From Verrucomicrobiota bacterium (lineage in GTDB: Bacteria; Verrucomicrobiota; Verrucomicrobiia; Limisphaerales; Palsa-1400), in the NCBI GenBank assembly GCA_049510745.1, contig JBEKYR010000040.1, positions 1 through 51,509 on the forward strand: 51,509 nucleotides of DNA, read 5' to 3'. The notes beneath the pieces are model-generated. The model ran no database searches, was not told where the DNA came from, and saw nothing but the letters and a program-made list of their open reading frames with translations. Below are positions 27,770 to 37,968 of this stretch, one piece after another (the stretch's first letter is position 1; each line of letters starts with the position of its first letter). Made by a program: the position numbers and the translations under genes.

Positions 27770-30031
27770 TCAAAATTGCGTCGTGCGCGGCGGCAGCGAC
27801 GTCCATTGGGCGCGGTTCAGATAAATGATGTGCGGCGTCAGCGGCGGAAGCTGGCTGGGGTTGTTGAACTGTGTGTCGAACGCCCAGTAACGATTCGGCG
27901 CGTTGTAAATATTGGCCGGCGCCCCTTCCTGCTGGAACGGCGCGCTGGCAATCTGGCTGGTGAACATCTCCACCATGGAGCCGTTGTAATAAAAATTGAC
28001 GCCCTGCCAATTCTCCTGGAAGCGGACAAAATTCTCCACCCCGCCGCTGAAGAAAGAACCGTTGGACGGAACGATCCCGGTTAAAATGGCGGCGGTGACG
28101 GTGTCGCCCGAGGCGTTGCGGCTGCCGCCCGTCAAACTGGCCGTGCTGTTATTGGGGTTCCAGGCCGGGGAGAGAATGGTGACGGCATCGGCGTAAATCG
28201 CGCTGGGGAGGGTATTGGTGACCGTGTTGGATTGGAGGGTCTGGTTGACGGGGGTGCCATTGGTGGAGACGTTGGTCGTGACATTCCAGTTGCCCACGAT
28301 ATAAGCCGGGTCGAACGTGACCACCGAAAGCCCGTTGGAGGGAAGCGCGGCGCCGTTGGTCAGGACAATTCCAGGCTCGGCAAACTGGATATAGTTGGTG
28401 ACATAAGTGATGTTGGTCGTGACTCCCGTGATGCCGGAGTACCTGTAGCCGGTGATGCCGTTGTAGATATAGCCGCTGATCAGGTTGTAGGAGTAGCTGC
28501 TGATCAGGTTGTAGGTGTAGCTCCTGGGGTTGCTGTTGGTTGTAATGGACCCCAGATAGGTGCCGCCCGTTGGCTTGTTGGACGTGGTCGTGAGGGTCGT
28601 GTTCGTGGTCACCGGAGGGAGGTAGGTTCCGTTGGTGGGGTAACCCCCCGAGGTGGTGCTCGTCGTGTTCGTCGTCGAGACCGGCGGGATATACGTGCCG
28701 GCGGACGGGTAAGATGAACTGGTGGTGATGATGGTGTTGGTTGTGACCGGCGGATAGAAGGTGCCGGCGCCAGGATAGCTGGAGTTTGTCACGATGGCCG
28801 TGTTGGTCGTGTAGGTGTAATTGGTGACGACCACCGTGTTGCTCAACATGCGCTCATCCGCCACGTAAACCGAGCTGACATCGGCATAGGCCGATCCGCG
28901 AAGGCTGCTCAACAGGGGCCGGAGAACGGTGTTGGTCGCGCTCCATTGCCGCAGGGCGCCAACATTGATATCGAGCGGGTCCACCGTGGCCCCGTCCCGC
29001 ATGTTGTAAAAGCTGCCGTTGGTATTGACAAACAACGACCATTGGTTGTTGGAAATAACCGTCGCCTGATTGTTGACGTCCACCCCGCTGGTAACGGAGA
29101 TCGTGTTGTTGTTGGAAATAATGATAATCAGGTCCGACTTGTTATACAGGCGGTTGGTTCCGGCAGCCGACGTTGGCGCTTCGCTGCTTGGAGGAATCTG
29201 CAGGATGGCATCCACGTTTTGCCCGACGTTGGTGACGTTGCCCGAAATGTTGGTTCCCACCGGCAGGTTTAACGGGTTCACATCGCTGACGTGATTGCCG
29301 TTAAAATTAATCGGCGCCGGCGACCCGCGCGAGGTCGGGTCCAACGGGTCTTCCAGCAGATAAATGTTTCCGGTGGATGAAACGTCGCTGTTAAAAGTCA
29401 AAGTCGAGCCGGGATCCAGCCAGATGTTGTTGTTGCCGTGAACCAGCCCGGTGACGGTCATGACCGGCCCGTTGTCGATTTCCATGTCGTCCTGGTAAAA
29501 AATCGCGAATTGGAAAATGGGAATCTGCCCCAGAACGATCTGCTGGCCCACGGTGCAGACAATCCCGTACTGCGAACTGAGGTTCTGCGCGTTGGCAATG
29601 ATCTCGTAGGTCGCTCCCGCCGAATTCAAACCTGAATAGGGCGGTCCCAGGACCAGCGCGGTGTTGGTGTTCAACCGGCTGACGACGGTGACATTGTTCG
29701 TCGTGCCTCCGCTGAACTGATAGTTTGTCCAGTAAGGATCGTCGCCGGCGGACGGGATCATCGAGCCATAGGTCGAGGTCCTGGTGAAGACCAGCCCTTC
29801 GCCGTAGTTTTGATCGTCCTGGATGACCGCCGCCAGGGCCTTCTCGGTGGCCGCTTCGGCCGCGTAGGTGGTGGCGAAGAACTCGTTGTTGCGGGCGACG
29901 ACCGCCGAGTTCTCGTTGGCCCAGCTCATCACGCCGGCCAGGACAAGCAACCCGGTGGCCGCCAGCGACATGACTACCAACAGCGCCCAACCTTTTTCGC
30001 GTGCCCGGGATTTTGAGGGTCTTGGATTCAT
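27770..30031 (-). CDS. PilX-like pilus-associated protein with a Thr-rich repeat insert
   Basis: KG|WALLVVM pilin-like N-terminus, YAAEAA, PIFQFAIFY, GGVENFVRFQENW, LPPLTP. Confidence 0.8.
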   Translation of the reverse strand: MNPRPSKSRAREKGWALLVVMSLAATGLLVLAGVMSWANENSAVVARNNEFFATTYAAEAATEKALAAVIQDDQNYGEGLVFTRTSTYGSMIPSAGDDPYWTNYQFSGGTTNNVTVVSRLNTNTALVLGPPYSGLNSAGATYEIIANAQNLSSQYGIVCTVGQQIVLGQIPIFQFAIFYQDDMEIDNGPVMTVTGLVHGNNNIWLDPGSTLTFNSDVSSTGNIYLLEDPLDPTSRGSPAPINFNGNHVSDVNPLNLPVGTNISGNVTNVGQNVDAILQIPPSSEAPTSAAGTNRLYNKSDLIIIISNNNTISVTSGVDVNNQATVISNNQWSLFVNTNGSFYNMRDGATVDPLDINVGALRQWSATNTVLRPLLSSLRGSAYADVSSVYVADERMLSNTVVVTNYTYTTNTAIVTNSSYPGAGTFYPPVTTNTIITTSSSYPSAGTYIPPVSTTNTTSTTSGGYPTNGTYLPPVTTNTTLTTTSNKPTGGTYLGSITTNSNPRSYTYNLISSYSYNLISGYIYNGITGYRYSGITGVTTNITYVTNYIQFAEPGIVLTNGAALPSNGLSVVTFDPAYIVGNWNVTTNVSTNGTPVNQTLQSNTVTNTLPSAIYADAVTILSPAWNPNNSTASLTGGSRNASGDTVTAAILTGIVPSNGSFFSGGVENFVRFQENWQGVNFYYNGSMVEMFTSQIASAPFQQEGAPANIYNAPNRYWAFDTQFNNPSQLPPLTPHIIYLNRAQWTSLPPRTTQF

Positions 30032-30678
30032 GGCCGGTTTCGGGAAGCAATCGTGGTGACGATCTGGTAAAAATCGACGGGGCTGCCCGGGCCAATAACG
30101 ATCTGCGGATTCTGCAGCTTGGTGAACGCCAGGCAGACTTGGATGATGGGAGTGCCGATGGCATTGGACACCGGGTTGCCCAAATAATCGTATTCCGCAA
30201 AGATATTACTGTGATAGATGTTGTTGGTCATCAGGAAATTGGCCGTGACCAGCTTGAAATCGCCGTAGCTGGAGCCGGTGTAGTTTGTCCGGTAGAGATT
30301 GCTGGTCGGCGGGTCGTAATAATAGAGCACCCAGGGAATGTTCGTGCCGGTGTTGGTGGTGCCGAGATAGATTTTCAAGGCGTTGCCCACCTGCCAGGAG
30401 TTGGTGGCTGCGTTGGTGAATCCGGCCAGGCTCCCGTTGCCGACATAATTGGAGGCCCCCGACCGGATGTCGGTCATCAGCTTGCCCAGCGCCTGCCCGG
30501 CGTCGTCGCTGGCGCTGAGCCAGATTTGCTGGCGGTAGGCCATCGAGAGGCCGTAAAGACTGCACATAATCATGGAGCCGGCCAGAATTACCAGCGTGGT
30601 CATCACGACCATGGCTTCGACCAGTGTAAAGCCGCTCCGGCGCCCGCTCCTCTCCGCATTGGCGAAAGTCATCTTCAT
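30028..30678 (-). CDS. Prepilin-type minor pilin (PilW-like)
   Basis: RRSG|FTLVEAMVV class III signal. Confidence 0.85.
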   Translation of the reverse strand: MKMTFANAERSGRRSGFTLVEAMVVMTTLVILAGSMIMCSLYGLSMAYRQQIWLSASDDAGQALGKLMTDIRSGASNYVGNGSLAGFTNAATNSWQVGNALKIYLGTTNTGTNIPWVLYYYDPPTSNLYRTNYTGSSYGDFKLVTANFLMTNNIYHSNIFAEYDYLGNPVSNAIGTPIIQVCLAFTKLQNPQIVIGPGSPVDFYQIVTTIASRNRP

Positions 30679-31127
30679 AGATCGGGTCCGCGCAGCACGG
30701 CAACGGTGTTGGTGAAGGTCCCCAATCCCATAAAATTCCACACACAATCCACCCGCACCATCACGTAGGGCGGATTGACGGAAAGCTGGGTGACCGTCGC
30801 AAAATTTGTCGCATACACCAGATTTGTCCCGGAACTGGGCAGACAAAGCGCGTTGGTTTGGGTCGCCGTCAAGGTGGGACTGAAGATATTGCTCACGGCG
30901 GTGCCCGACACCACCCAGGTGGCCCCGACAATGCTCTCCATTTGCTTCATGGCCATGGCGCTGGCGGCCAGCGAGTAGGAGGCGTATTGCGCCCGGCGCG
31001 AGGCCATTTGGTAGCCCTGGAACATCCCCGCCATGACCAGCACCCCGATGGCGAGGGCGACGGCCGTTTCGATCAGCGTAAAGGCTGCGGAACCCCTTCT
31101 GACCCGCACTGGCTGGCTCGTTTGCAT
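30675..31127 (-). CDS. Prepilin-type minor pilin (PilV-like)
   Basis: SAA|FTLIETAVALAI class III signal; VRVDCVW. Confidence 0.85.
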   Translation of the reverse strand: MQTSQPVRVRRGSAAFTLIETAVALAIGVLVMAGMFQGYQMASRRAQYASYSLAASAMAMKQMESIVGATWVVSGTAVSNIFSPTLTATQTNALCLPSSGTNLVYATNFATVTQLSVNPPYVMVRVDCVWNFMGLGTFTNTVAVLRGPDL

Positions 31128-31183
31128 ACTGGCGCCAATTCTCTGTTTTGTCGTTGGAAACCCGTTTAGAACACATCTGATAA

Positions 31184-31199
31184 AGCAGTTTGCGGGCCA
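31184..31199 (-). promoter_or_regulatory. sigma54 promoter of the pilin operon
   Basis: TGGCCCGCAAACTGCT = GG-N10-GC, 56 nt before the first pilin ATG. Confidence 0.7.
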
Positions 31200-31304
31200 T
31201 GTCAAGCCTCTTGCGCGTCGAAAGTTGTTTGCGTTCAGGGCGGCTTTCCGCTATACGAAAGGGAAGATGAACGGCGCCGTCGCACCAAAACCCGGAGAAT
31301 GCTT

Positions 31305-32003
31305 ATGAGCTTGGAGACACACGTGCCCGAAACCACGGCGCCGCAATGGTCCGTGGTTCTCAAAGCGCGGCGGCAGGACAACGGGCGCGCCATGGAGGCG
31401 CTGGCCCGGCTGGGCCAGCCGTACTGGTACCCCCTCTATGCCTATGTCCGCCAGCGCGGCCATTCGCCGGAGGAGGCCAAAGACCTGACGCAGGAGTTCT
31501 TTGCCCGCCTGCTCCAAAACAAAACGCTCTCCTACATGAAGCGGGACTGCGGGAAGTTCCGCTCCTTCCTGCTCACCGCCATGAACCATTTCCTGACCGA
31601 TGAATGGCGCAAAGGCCGCTCGGAAAAACCCGCCGCGCCGCCCGATTCCCCCGCCTCGGAGAAAGTCTTCGAGCAGAACTGGGCGCTGGCCGTCTTGAAC
31701 GTCGTCTATGACCGGTTGAAACGGGAATACGACGAGGCCGGCAACGGCGAGCTGTTCACGGCGATAAAGTTTTGTTTGACTGGAAGCGGCGAGGCCGTCC
31801 CCTACGCCGACCTGGCGCGGCGCCTGAGCCTGGCGGAGAACACCCTCCGCGCGCGGGTGCGCCATCTGCGCCAGCGCTTCGGCGAGGTCTTGCGCGAAGA
31901 AGTGGCCGCTCTCGTGGCCACCCCCGCCGAAATGGAGGAGGAACTCCGCTGCCTTTTTCGCGCCGTGCTGCCGGAGCCGATGCCCGAGAGCGCCCCTTCT
32001 TAG
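31305..32003 (+). CDS. ECF sigma-70 factor (PVC-type)
   Basis: WSVVLKA, YWYPLYAYVR, AKDLTQEFF, GKFRSFLL, region 4 YADLARRL...VRHLRQRF. Confidence 0.88.
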   Translation: MSLETHVPETTAPQWSVVLKARRQDNGRAMEALARLGQPYWYPLYAYVRQRGHSPEEAKDLTQEFFARLLQNKTLSYMKRDCGKFRSFLLTAMNHFLTDEWRKGRSEKPAAPPDSPASEKVFEQNWALAVLNVVYDRLKREYDEAGNGELFTAIKFCLTGSGEAVPYADLARRLSLAENTLRARVRHLRQRFGEVLREEVAALVATPAEMEEELRCLFRAVLPEPMPESAPS

Positions 32004-32004
32004 C

Positions 32005-34752
32005 TCACTTCTTCTTGGCCTTGGCCTTTTCCTCCAATGCCGCCTGCGCCGCCGCCAGGCGGGCGATGGGCACGCGGAAAGGCGAGCAACTGACGTAGGT
32101 CAAACCGGTGCGGTGACAGAATTTGACGCTGGCCGGATCGCCGCCATGTTCGCCGCAAATACCCAGCTTGATGTCGGGGCGGGTTTGGCGGCCCTTTTCG
32201 ACGGCCATCTTGATGAGCGCCCCGACGCCGATTTGATCGATGGTGGCGAAAGGATTCTGCTTGAGGATCTCCTCTTCCTGGTAGCGCGGCAGGAAATGGC
32301 CTGAATCGTCGCGGCTCATGCCGAGGCAAGTCTGCGTCAGGTCGTTGGTGCCGAAGCTGAAGAAGTGGGCGTCTTTGGCGATCTCGTCGGCCACCAGCGC
32401 GCCGCGCGGGATTTCAATCATGGTGCCAACCTGGTACTTGACCTTGGTTTTCTTCTCCTCCATCACCTGTTGGGCCGTCTTATTGACGACTTCCAATTGC
32501 AGTTGAAGTTCCTTCGGGAAACCGACGAGCACGATCATGATCTCCGGCTTGACGGGGATGCCTTCCTTTTGCACCTGGGCTGCGGCCTCGATGATGGCGC
32601 GAGTCTGCATTTCGGTGATCTCCGGGAACGTGATGCCCAAACGGCAGCCGCGCAGACCGAGCATCGGGTTGAACTCGTGCAATTCGGCCACGCGCTTGAT
32701 GATCTTCTCGACCGGCACGCCCATCTTGGCCGCCAGGTCCTTTTGAGCCGCTTCTTCGTGGGGCAGGAATTCATGGAGCGGCGGGTCGAGCGTGCGAATG
32801 GTGGCCGGCAAACCTTTGAGGGTGCGGAAGATTCCGACAAAGTCGTCGCGCTGATAGGGCAGCAGCTTGGCCAGCGCCTTTTTGCGATCCTCCAAGTTGT
32901 CCGCCAGGATCATTTCGCGCATGGCGTCGATGCGGTTGCCTTCGAAGAACATGTGCTCGGTGCGGCAGAGACCGATGCCCAACGCGCCAAAAGCGATGGC
33001 GTTGGCCACCTGCTCGGGCGAATCGGCGTTGGTGCGCACATGCATGCGCGTGGCTTTGTCGCACCACTTCATTAATTGCGCGTAATACTGGAAAGTGCGG
33101 CTCTCCTTGGCGTCGAGTGTCTTGGCGATGAGCACCTGGATGATTTCCGAGGGCGCCGTCTTCAATTCGCCCGCGTACACTTCGCCCGAGGTGCCGTCAA
33201 TCGAAAGGAAATCCCCTTCCTTGAACGTCTGCCCGCTGACGGTCAGGGTCCGCGCCTGGTAATCGATCTGCAACGCGCTGGCGCCGCAGACGCACACTTT
33301 GCCCATCTGCCGCGCGACCAGCGCCGCGTGCGAACTGACGCCGCCCCGCGCCGTCAAAATGCCCTCGGCCGCGATCATGCCGCGCAAGTCCTCGGGCGAG
33401 GTCTCGATGCGGGCGAGCAGCACTTTTTCACCGCGATGCGCCGCTTCCACGACCCGTTCGGCGTTAAAATAGACCTTCCCCGTGGCCGCGCCCGGTCCGG
33501 CGGGAAGACCTCTGGCAATGCATTTGGCGGACTTGATGGCGGCGCGGTCAAAGACCGGCGCCAAAAGCTGGTCCAACTGTTCGGCGGGAACGCGCTGCAC
33601 GGCCTCTTCCCACGAGATCAACTTCTCTTTCTCCATTTCGATGGCGAAACGGACGGCGGCCAGGCCGGTGCGTTTGCCGTTGCGGGTCTGGAGCATGAAG
33701 ACCTTGCCGTCCTCGATGGTGAACTCGAAATCCTGCACGTCGCGGAAGTGGCTTTCGAGGGTCTGGCGGACCAGCTCCAATTCTTTGGCCGCCTGCGGCA
33801 TGATCTTGATCAGTTCAGCCACCGGCTTGGGCGTGCGGACGCCGGCGACGACATCCTCGCCTTGGGCGTTGATGAGGAATTCTCCGTAGAACACCTTCTC
33901 GCCGGTGGCGGGGTCGCGGGTGAAAGCGACGCCGGAGCCGGACTTGTCGCCGGTATTGCCGAAAACCATGGATTGCACATTGACGGCCGTTCCCCACTCG
34001 GAAGGGATGTTGTATTTGCGGCGATAGACGATGGCCCGATCATTCATCCACGAGCCAAAGACGGCGCCGATGGCGCCTTCCAACTGTTTCCACGGATCGG
34101 TCGGGAACTCCTGGCCAGTGCGTTCCTTGATCAGCGCCTTGAAACGTTTGACCAACTCCTGGAGGCCGGCGGCGTCCAGGCGCGTGTCCTCGACGTGCTG
34201 TTCCTTTGGGAAGATTTCCTTTTTCAGGCATTCGATGACCGTTTCAAAGGGTTCATGGTCTTCGTTGGCGGCCTTTTGCACCCCCATGACCACGTCGCCG
34301 TACATCTGGATGAAGCGGCGGTAACAGTCCCAGGCGAAACGCGGGTTGCGGCTGACCTTCTCCAGCGCGACGACCGTCTGATCGTTCAGGCCCAGGTTCA
34401 GGATGGTGTCCATCATCCCCGGCATCGAATCGCGCGCCCCCGACCGCACCGCCACCAAGAGCGGCTTCTCCACATCCCCGAAGCGTTTGCCCAGGATGGC
34501 TTCGGTGTTGGCGATGCCCGCCTTGACTTGCGCCCACATTTCCTTCGGATAGGATTTGTGGTGGGCATAATAGTAAGTGCAGACTTCGGTGGTGATGGTG
34601 AAGCCGGGTGGCACGGGCAGGCCGATGCGGGTCATTTCGGCCAGGTTGGCGCCTTTGCCGCCCAGCAGGGGTTTCATGCCGCCGTTGCCGTCGGCTTTTT
34701 TGTTGCCAAAGAGATAGACGTATTTTTGTAATTTTGATGATGCTTTAGCCAT
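32005..34752 (-). CDS. ppdK: Pyruvate, phosphate dikinase
   Basis: [49 protein letters not shown]. Confidence 0.98.
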   Translation of the reverse strand: MAKASSKLQKYVYLFGNKKADGNGGMKPLLGGKGANLAEMTRIGLPVPPGFTITTEVCTYYYAHHKSYPKEMWAQVKAGIANTEAILGKRFGDVEKPLLVAVRSGARDSMPGMMDTILNLGLNDQTVVALEKVSRNPRFAWDCYRRFIQMYGDVVMGVQKAANEDHEPFETVIECLKKEIFPKEQHVEDTRLDAAGLQELVKRFKALIKERTGQEFPTDPWKQLEGAIGAVFGSWMNDRAIVYRRKYNIPSEWGTAVNVQSMVFGNTGDKSGSGVAFTRDPATGEKVFYGEFLINAQGEDVVAGVRTPKPVAELIKIMPQAAKELELVRQTLESHFRDVQDFEFTIEDGKVFMLQTRNGKRTGLAAVRFAIEMEKEKLISWEEAVQRVPAEQLDQLLAPVFDRAAIKSAKCIARGLPAGPGAATGKVYFNAERVVEAAHRGEKVLLARIETSPEDLRGMIAAEGILTARGGVSSHAALVARQMGKVCVCGASALQIDYQARTLTVSGQTFKEGDFLSIDGTSGEVYAGELKTAPSEIIQVLIAKTLDAKESRTFQYYAQLMKWCDKATRMHVRTNADSPEQVANAIAFGALGIGLCRTEHMFFEGNRIDAMREMILADNLEDRKKALAKLLPYQRDDFVGIFRTLKGLPATIRTLDPPLHEFLPHEEAAQKDLAAKMGVPVEKIIKRVAELHEFNPMLGLRGCRLGITFPEITEMQTRAIIEAAAQVQKEGIPVKPEIMIVLVGFPKELQLQLEVVNKTAQQVMEEKKTKVKYQVGTMIEIPRGALVADEIAKDAHFFSFGTNDLTQTCLGMSRDDSGHFLPRYQEEEILKQNPFATIDQIGVGALIKMAVEKGRQTRPDIKLGICGEHGGDPASVKFCHRTGLTYVSCSPFRVPIARLAAAQAALEEKAKAKKK

Positions 34753-34875
34753 AAAAGTAGTCCTGTCATCCTCGCGGGTTTGGCGAGTCTTAATTTGCGC
34801 CCTCGACAATAACAAAGAGCCGGAGACAGTCAATTACCGTTTGCGAAATAGACCGGCCACATTTTGGCAAATGCT

Positions 34876-35787
34876 ATGCGAAAACTGTCCAGAGCCTTGA
34901 TTTCCCTCTGTTTGGCCGCCGCTTTGCCCGGCTGCGACCGGCAACCCGCCTCTGTGTCCGCCCGGAAACCGTCTCCGCCAGATTCGCAAATCTTTGTGGT
35001 CAAAGGGGTTGTAAAAGAACTGGAGCCGGACGGCAGAACAGCCGTCATCCAGCATGAGGCCATCCCCAATTACATGCCGGCCATGACGATGCCCTTCGAG
35101 GTCAAGGACACCAACCTCCTGCGCGGGGTCCAGGTGGGCGATGCCATCACATTTCACCTGGTTGTCACACCCAAGGCGGGCTGGATCGAGAGCCTCACCC
35201 GCCTCCCCTCGAACGCGCCGGACACCGTCGCGCCGCCGGGTTTACACTTCTCGCGCGCGTTGCCGCCGCTGGACGAAGGGGACTTGCTGCCGGAATATCA
35301 TTTCACCAACGAACTGGGCCAGGCCGTCAGCCTGAGCCAATTCAAGGGCCGCGTGCTGGTTTTCACGTTTTTCTTCACAAGCTGCCCTTACCCGGATTTT
35401 TGCCCGCGCATGACGGGCAACTTCGCCGAGGCCGCAAAAGAATTGGAGGCCATGAGCAACGCCCCGGCCCCGTGGCAACTGCTCTCCATTTCCTTCGATC
35501 CCGCCCACGATTCGCCCTCGCGCCTGGCGGCTTACGCCTTGGCGGCGCATTATGACCCGCGCCATTGGAGTTTTCTCACCGGCGATGAGGGCCAGATCGA
35601 GGGACTGGCCGATCAAATCGGGGAACAATACTGGCGCGAAGGGGCCGGCCTCGCCCACAACCTGCGCACCGTGGTGGTCGATCCGCGCGGCCGCATCCGC
35701 AAAATCTTCGTCGGCAACAAATGGACCGTCGCGGAGTTGATCGGGGAAATGGCGCAGGCGAAGAAGAGAATCAGTGAGTCAAGATGA
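34876..35787 (+). CDS. SCO-family protein with N-terminal CusF-like copper-binding domain
   Basis: Lipobox LPGC; IQHEAIPNYMPAMTMPF; FTSCPYPDFCP; conserved His (AHNLRT). Confidence 0.9.
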   Translation: MRKLSRALISLCLAAALPGCDRQPASVSARKPSPPDSQIFVVKGVVKELEPDGRTAVIQHEAIPNYMPAMTMPFEVKDTNLLRGVQVGDAITFHLVVTPKAGWIESLTRLPSNAPDTVAPPGLHFSRALPPLDEGDLLPEYHFTNELGQAVSLSQFKGRVLVFTFFFTSCPYPDFCPRMTGNFAEAAKELEAMSNAPAPWQLLSISFDPAHDSPSRLAAYALAAHYDPRHWSFLTGDEGQIEGLADQIGEQYWREGAGLAHNLRTVVVDPRGRIRKIFVGNKWTVAELIGEMAQAKKRISESR

Positions 35788-37835
35788 AGGCAGGAACCCC
35801 GGATTCGCCGCCCTTGGCCATCGTCATGGCGCTCTTGCTCATCGCCACCGTGGTGGCCTACCAGCCGGCCTGGAATGGCAAACCAATCTGGGACGATGCG
35901 GCGCATCTGACCTATCCGGAACTTCGTTCGCTGACCGGGCTGGTCCGCATCTGGACCGAACCGGGCGTGACGCAACAGTACTATCCGGTGGCTTTCAGCG
36001 TGTTTTGGGTGGAACACAAACTCTGGGGCGATGCGACCCTGGGTTATCATCTGGTCAATATCCTGCTCCACGTCACGGCGGCGTTGTTGTTGCTGAAAAT
36101 CCTGCAGACGCTGCAAGTTCCGGCCGCCGGGCTGGCGGCGGCCATCTTCGCCTTGCACCCGGTTGAGGTCGAAACGGTGGCGTGGATTTCCGAACTCAAG
36201 AACACGCTCTCGGCGGTCTGTTATTTCGGATCGGCCCTGGCCTGGCTGCGGTTTGATCGGACCCGGAACAAGGCGGCGTATGCGGTTGCCTTGGTGCTTT
36301 TCGTGCTGGGCTTGATGGCGAAGACGGTCATTGCGAGCCTGCCGGCGGCGTTGCTGGTCGTTTTCTGGTGGCGACGGGGGAAATTGTCCTGGAAACAAGA
36401 CGTGCTGCCGTTGACGCCCTTCTTCGCCGCGGGAATCACGGCGGGGCTTTTCACCTCGTGGATGGAACGGCAGTTCGTCGGCGCCCATGGGGCGGTGTTC
36501 AATTATTCCATCGTCGAGCGCTTTCTCATTGCGGGCCGCGCCATCTGGTTTTACCTGGGCAAGCTATTCTGGCCGACGGATTTGATCTTTTCCTACCCGC
36601 GCTGGAAGATCAGCCAGACAGCAGGGTGGCAATACGTGTTTCCGGCGGCGGCGGCGGCGCTGCTCGGCGCGATGTGGGGACTGAGGCGACGGGCGCGCGG
36701 GCCTCTGGCGGCGCTGCTTTTCTTTATCGGAACCCTCTTCCCGGCCCTGGGCTTTTTCAATGTGTTTCCATTCAAATACTCGTTCGTGGCGGATCATTTT
36801 CAGTATCTCGCCAGCGTCGGCCCGATCGTGGCGGCCAGCGTTGGCCTCCACACCCTCTTCGGTGGGATGAGAGAGCGGAGGCTGGTTTGGGAAAGGGCCT
36901 TTTGCGCGATCTTGCTGGCGGCTCTTGGCCTGTTGACTTGGCGGCAAAGCCGGATGTACGGCGACATAGAGACACTCTGGCGGACAACGATTGAGCGGAA
37001 TCCCGAGAGTTGGTTCGCCCAAAATGACCTTGGCGCTGTTCTTTATGAAAAAGGGCAGGTGGACCAGGCCATCGTTCGATTCCGGGCCTCGCTGGCGATC
37101 CAGCCTGACGACAACGCCGAAGCGGAGAACAATCTGGGCGCTGCTCTGGAAAAAAAGGGACAAGTCAACGAGGCCATCATCCGGTTCCGAAAGGCGGTGG
37201 CCAGCCGGCCGCACTTTGCCGAAGCCCATCGTAATCTTGGCAACTGCCTTCTTCGACAAGGGCAGGTGGACGAGGCCCTCTTTCATTTCCGGGCGGCGGT
37301 GGCCATCCGGCCTGACTCACCCCAACTTCACTCCACCCTGGCCAACGTCCTTCTTCAATATGGGCGGGTGGACGAGGCGATCATTCAGTATCAAGAGGCG
37401 CTGGAACTTCATCCCGACGATGACCAGGCTCATTACAATCTGGGCATCGCTCTGCGCCAAAGAGGACAAAGCGACGAGGCCATTCTTCAATTCCAAAAGG
37501 CGGTCGCCATCCGGCCTGACTTTGCCGAAGCCCAAAACAATCTCGGCCACTGTCTCCTCCAGAAAGGGCGCCTGGATGAAGCGGTCACGCATTTGCGGAA
37601 GGCGCTGGAAATTCATCCTGACTATGCCCAGGCTCACTACAATCTGGGCAACGCCCTGCTGCAAAAAGGGCAGTTGGACGAAGCCCTGATTGAGTTCCAA
37701 AAACTGCTGGCAATCGAGCCTGAGTCTGCCGAAGCCCAAAGAAGCCTGGCCGACATCACCCGGCGCCTGGCCACTTCGCCCCCGCGCCGCGAAGGAAACA
37801 ACTCGATCTCCGCGCCCCCCGCGCGCGGGCGTTGA
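35784..37835 (+). CDS. TMTC-like membrane glycosyltransferase with TPR repeats
   Basis: WDD, YYPV, YHLVNILLH, FALHPVEVETVAW, ADHFQYL; several C-terminal TPRs (AHYNLG). Confidence 0.85.
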   Translation: MKAGTPDSPPLAIVMALLLIATVVAYQPAWNGKPIWDDAAHLTYPELRSLTGLVRIWTEPGVTQQYYPVAFSVFWVEHKLWGDATLGYHLVNILLHVTAALLLLKILQTLQVPAAGLAAAIFALHPVEVETVAWISELKNTLSAVCYFGSALAWLRFDRTRNKAAYAVALVLFVLGLMAKTVIASLPAALLVVFWWRRGKLSWKQDVLPLTPFFAAGITAGLFTSWMERQFVGAHGAVFNYSIVERFLIAGRAIWFYLGKLFWPTDLIFSYPRWKISQTAGWQYVFPAAAAALLGAMWGLRRRARGPLAALLFFIGTLFPALGFFNVFPFKYSFVADHFQYLASVGPIVAASVGLHTLFGGMRERRLVWERAFCAILLAALGLLTWRQSRMYGDIETLWRTTIERNPESWFAQNDLGAVLYEKGQVDQAIVRFRASLAIQPDDNAEAENNLGAALEKKGQVNEAIIRFRKAVASRPHFAEAHRNLGNCLLRQGQVDEALFHFRAAVAIRPDSPQLHSTLANVLLQYGRVDEAIIQYQEALELHPDDDQAHYNLGIALRQRGQSDEAILQFQKAVAIRPDFAEAQNNLGHCLLQKGRLDEAVTHLRKALEIHPDYAQAHYNLGNALLQKGQLDEALIEFQKLLAIEPESAEAQRSLADITRRLATSPPRREGNNSISAPPARGR

Positions 37836-37886
37836 CGCCTGGCGCGACTGGATCAGGTTGGAAGCGGACTGGATTTGTCCGATGTG
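37826..37886 (+). repeat. Degenerate upstream copy of the suf promoter/operator (direct repeat 1)
   Basis: 47/61 ungapped identity to 39163-39223, counted by eye. Confidence 0.85.
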
Positions 37887-37933
37887 CGCAACCGTAAACA
37901 GGGGCGGCGGGGTGGTGGGCGAGGTTTACAAGG

Positions 37934-37962
37934 TTGACAATTTGCCGAACCCGCGCCAAACT
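37934..37962 (+). promoter_or_regulatory. sigma70 promoter, leaderless, for the Xre-RES TA pair
   Basis: TTGACA-17-CAAACT-6 nt-ATG. Confidence 0.7.
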
Positions 37963-37968
37963 TCCATC

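Noticed and set aside
37000..37750. DNA-level repeats near the end of the TMTC-like gene
   Set aside because: Explained by ordinary 34-aa TPR repeats.
37690..37968. N-terminal extension of the antitoxin ORF (similarly the extended ORF-track starts of ppdK, sufB, sufC, integrase, PIN and DUF433)
   Set aside because: The extensions run through promoters or upstream genes; downstream starts fit domain boundaries and coupling better.
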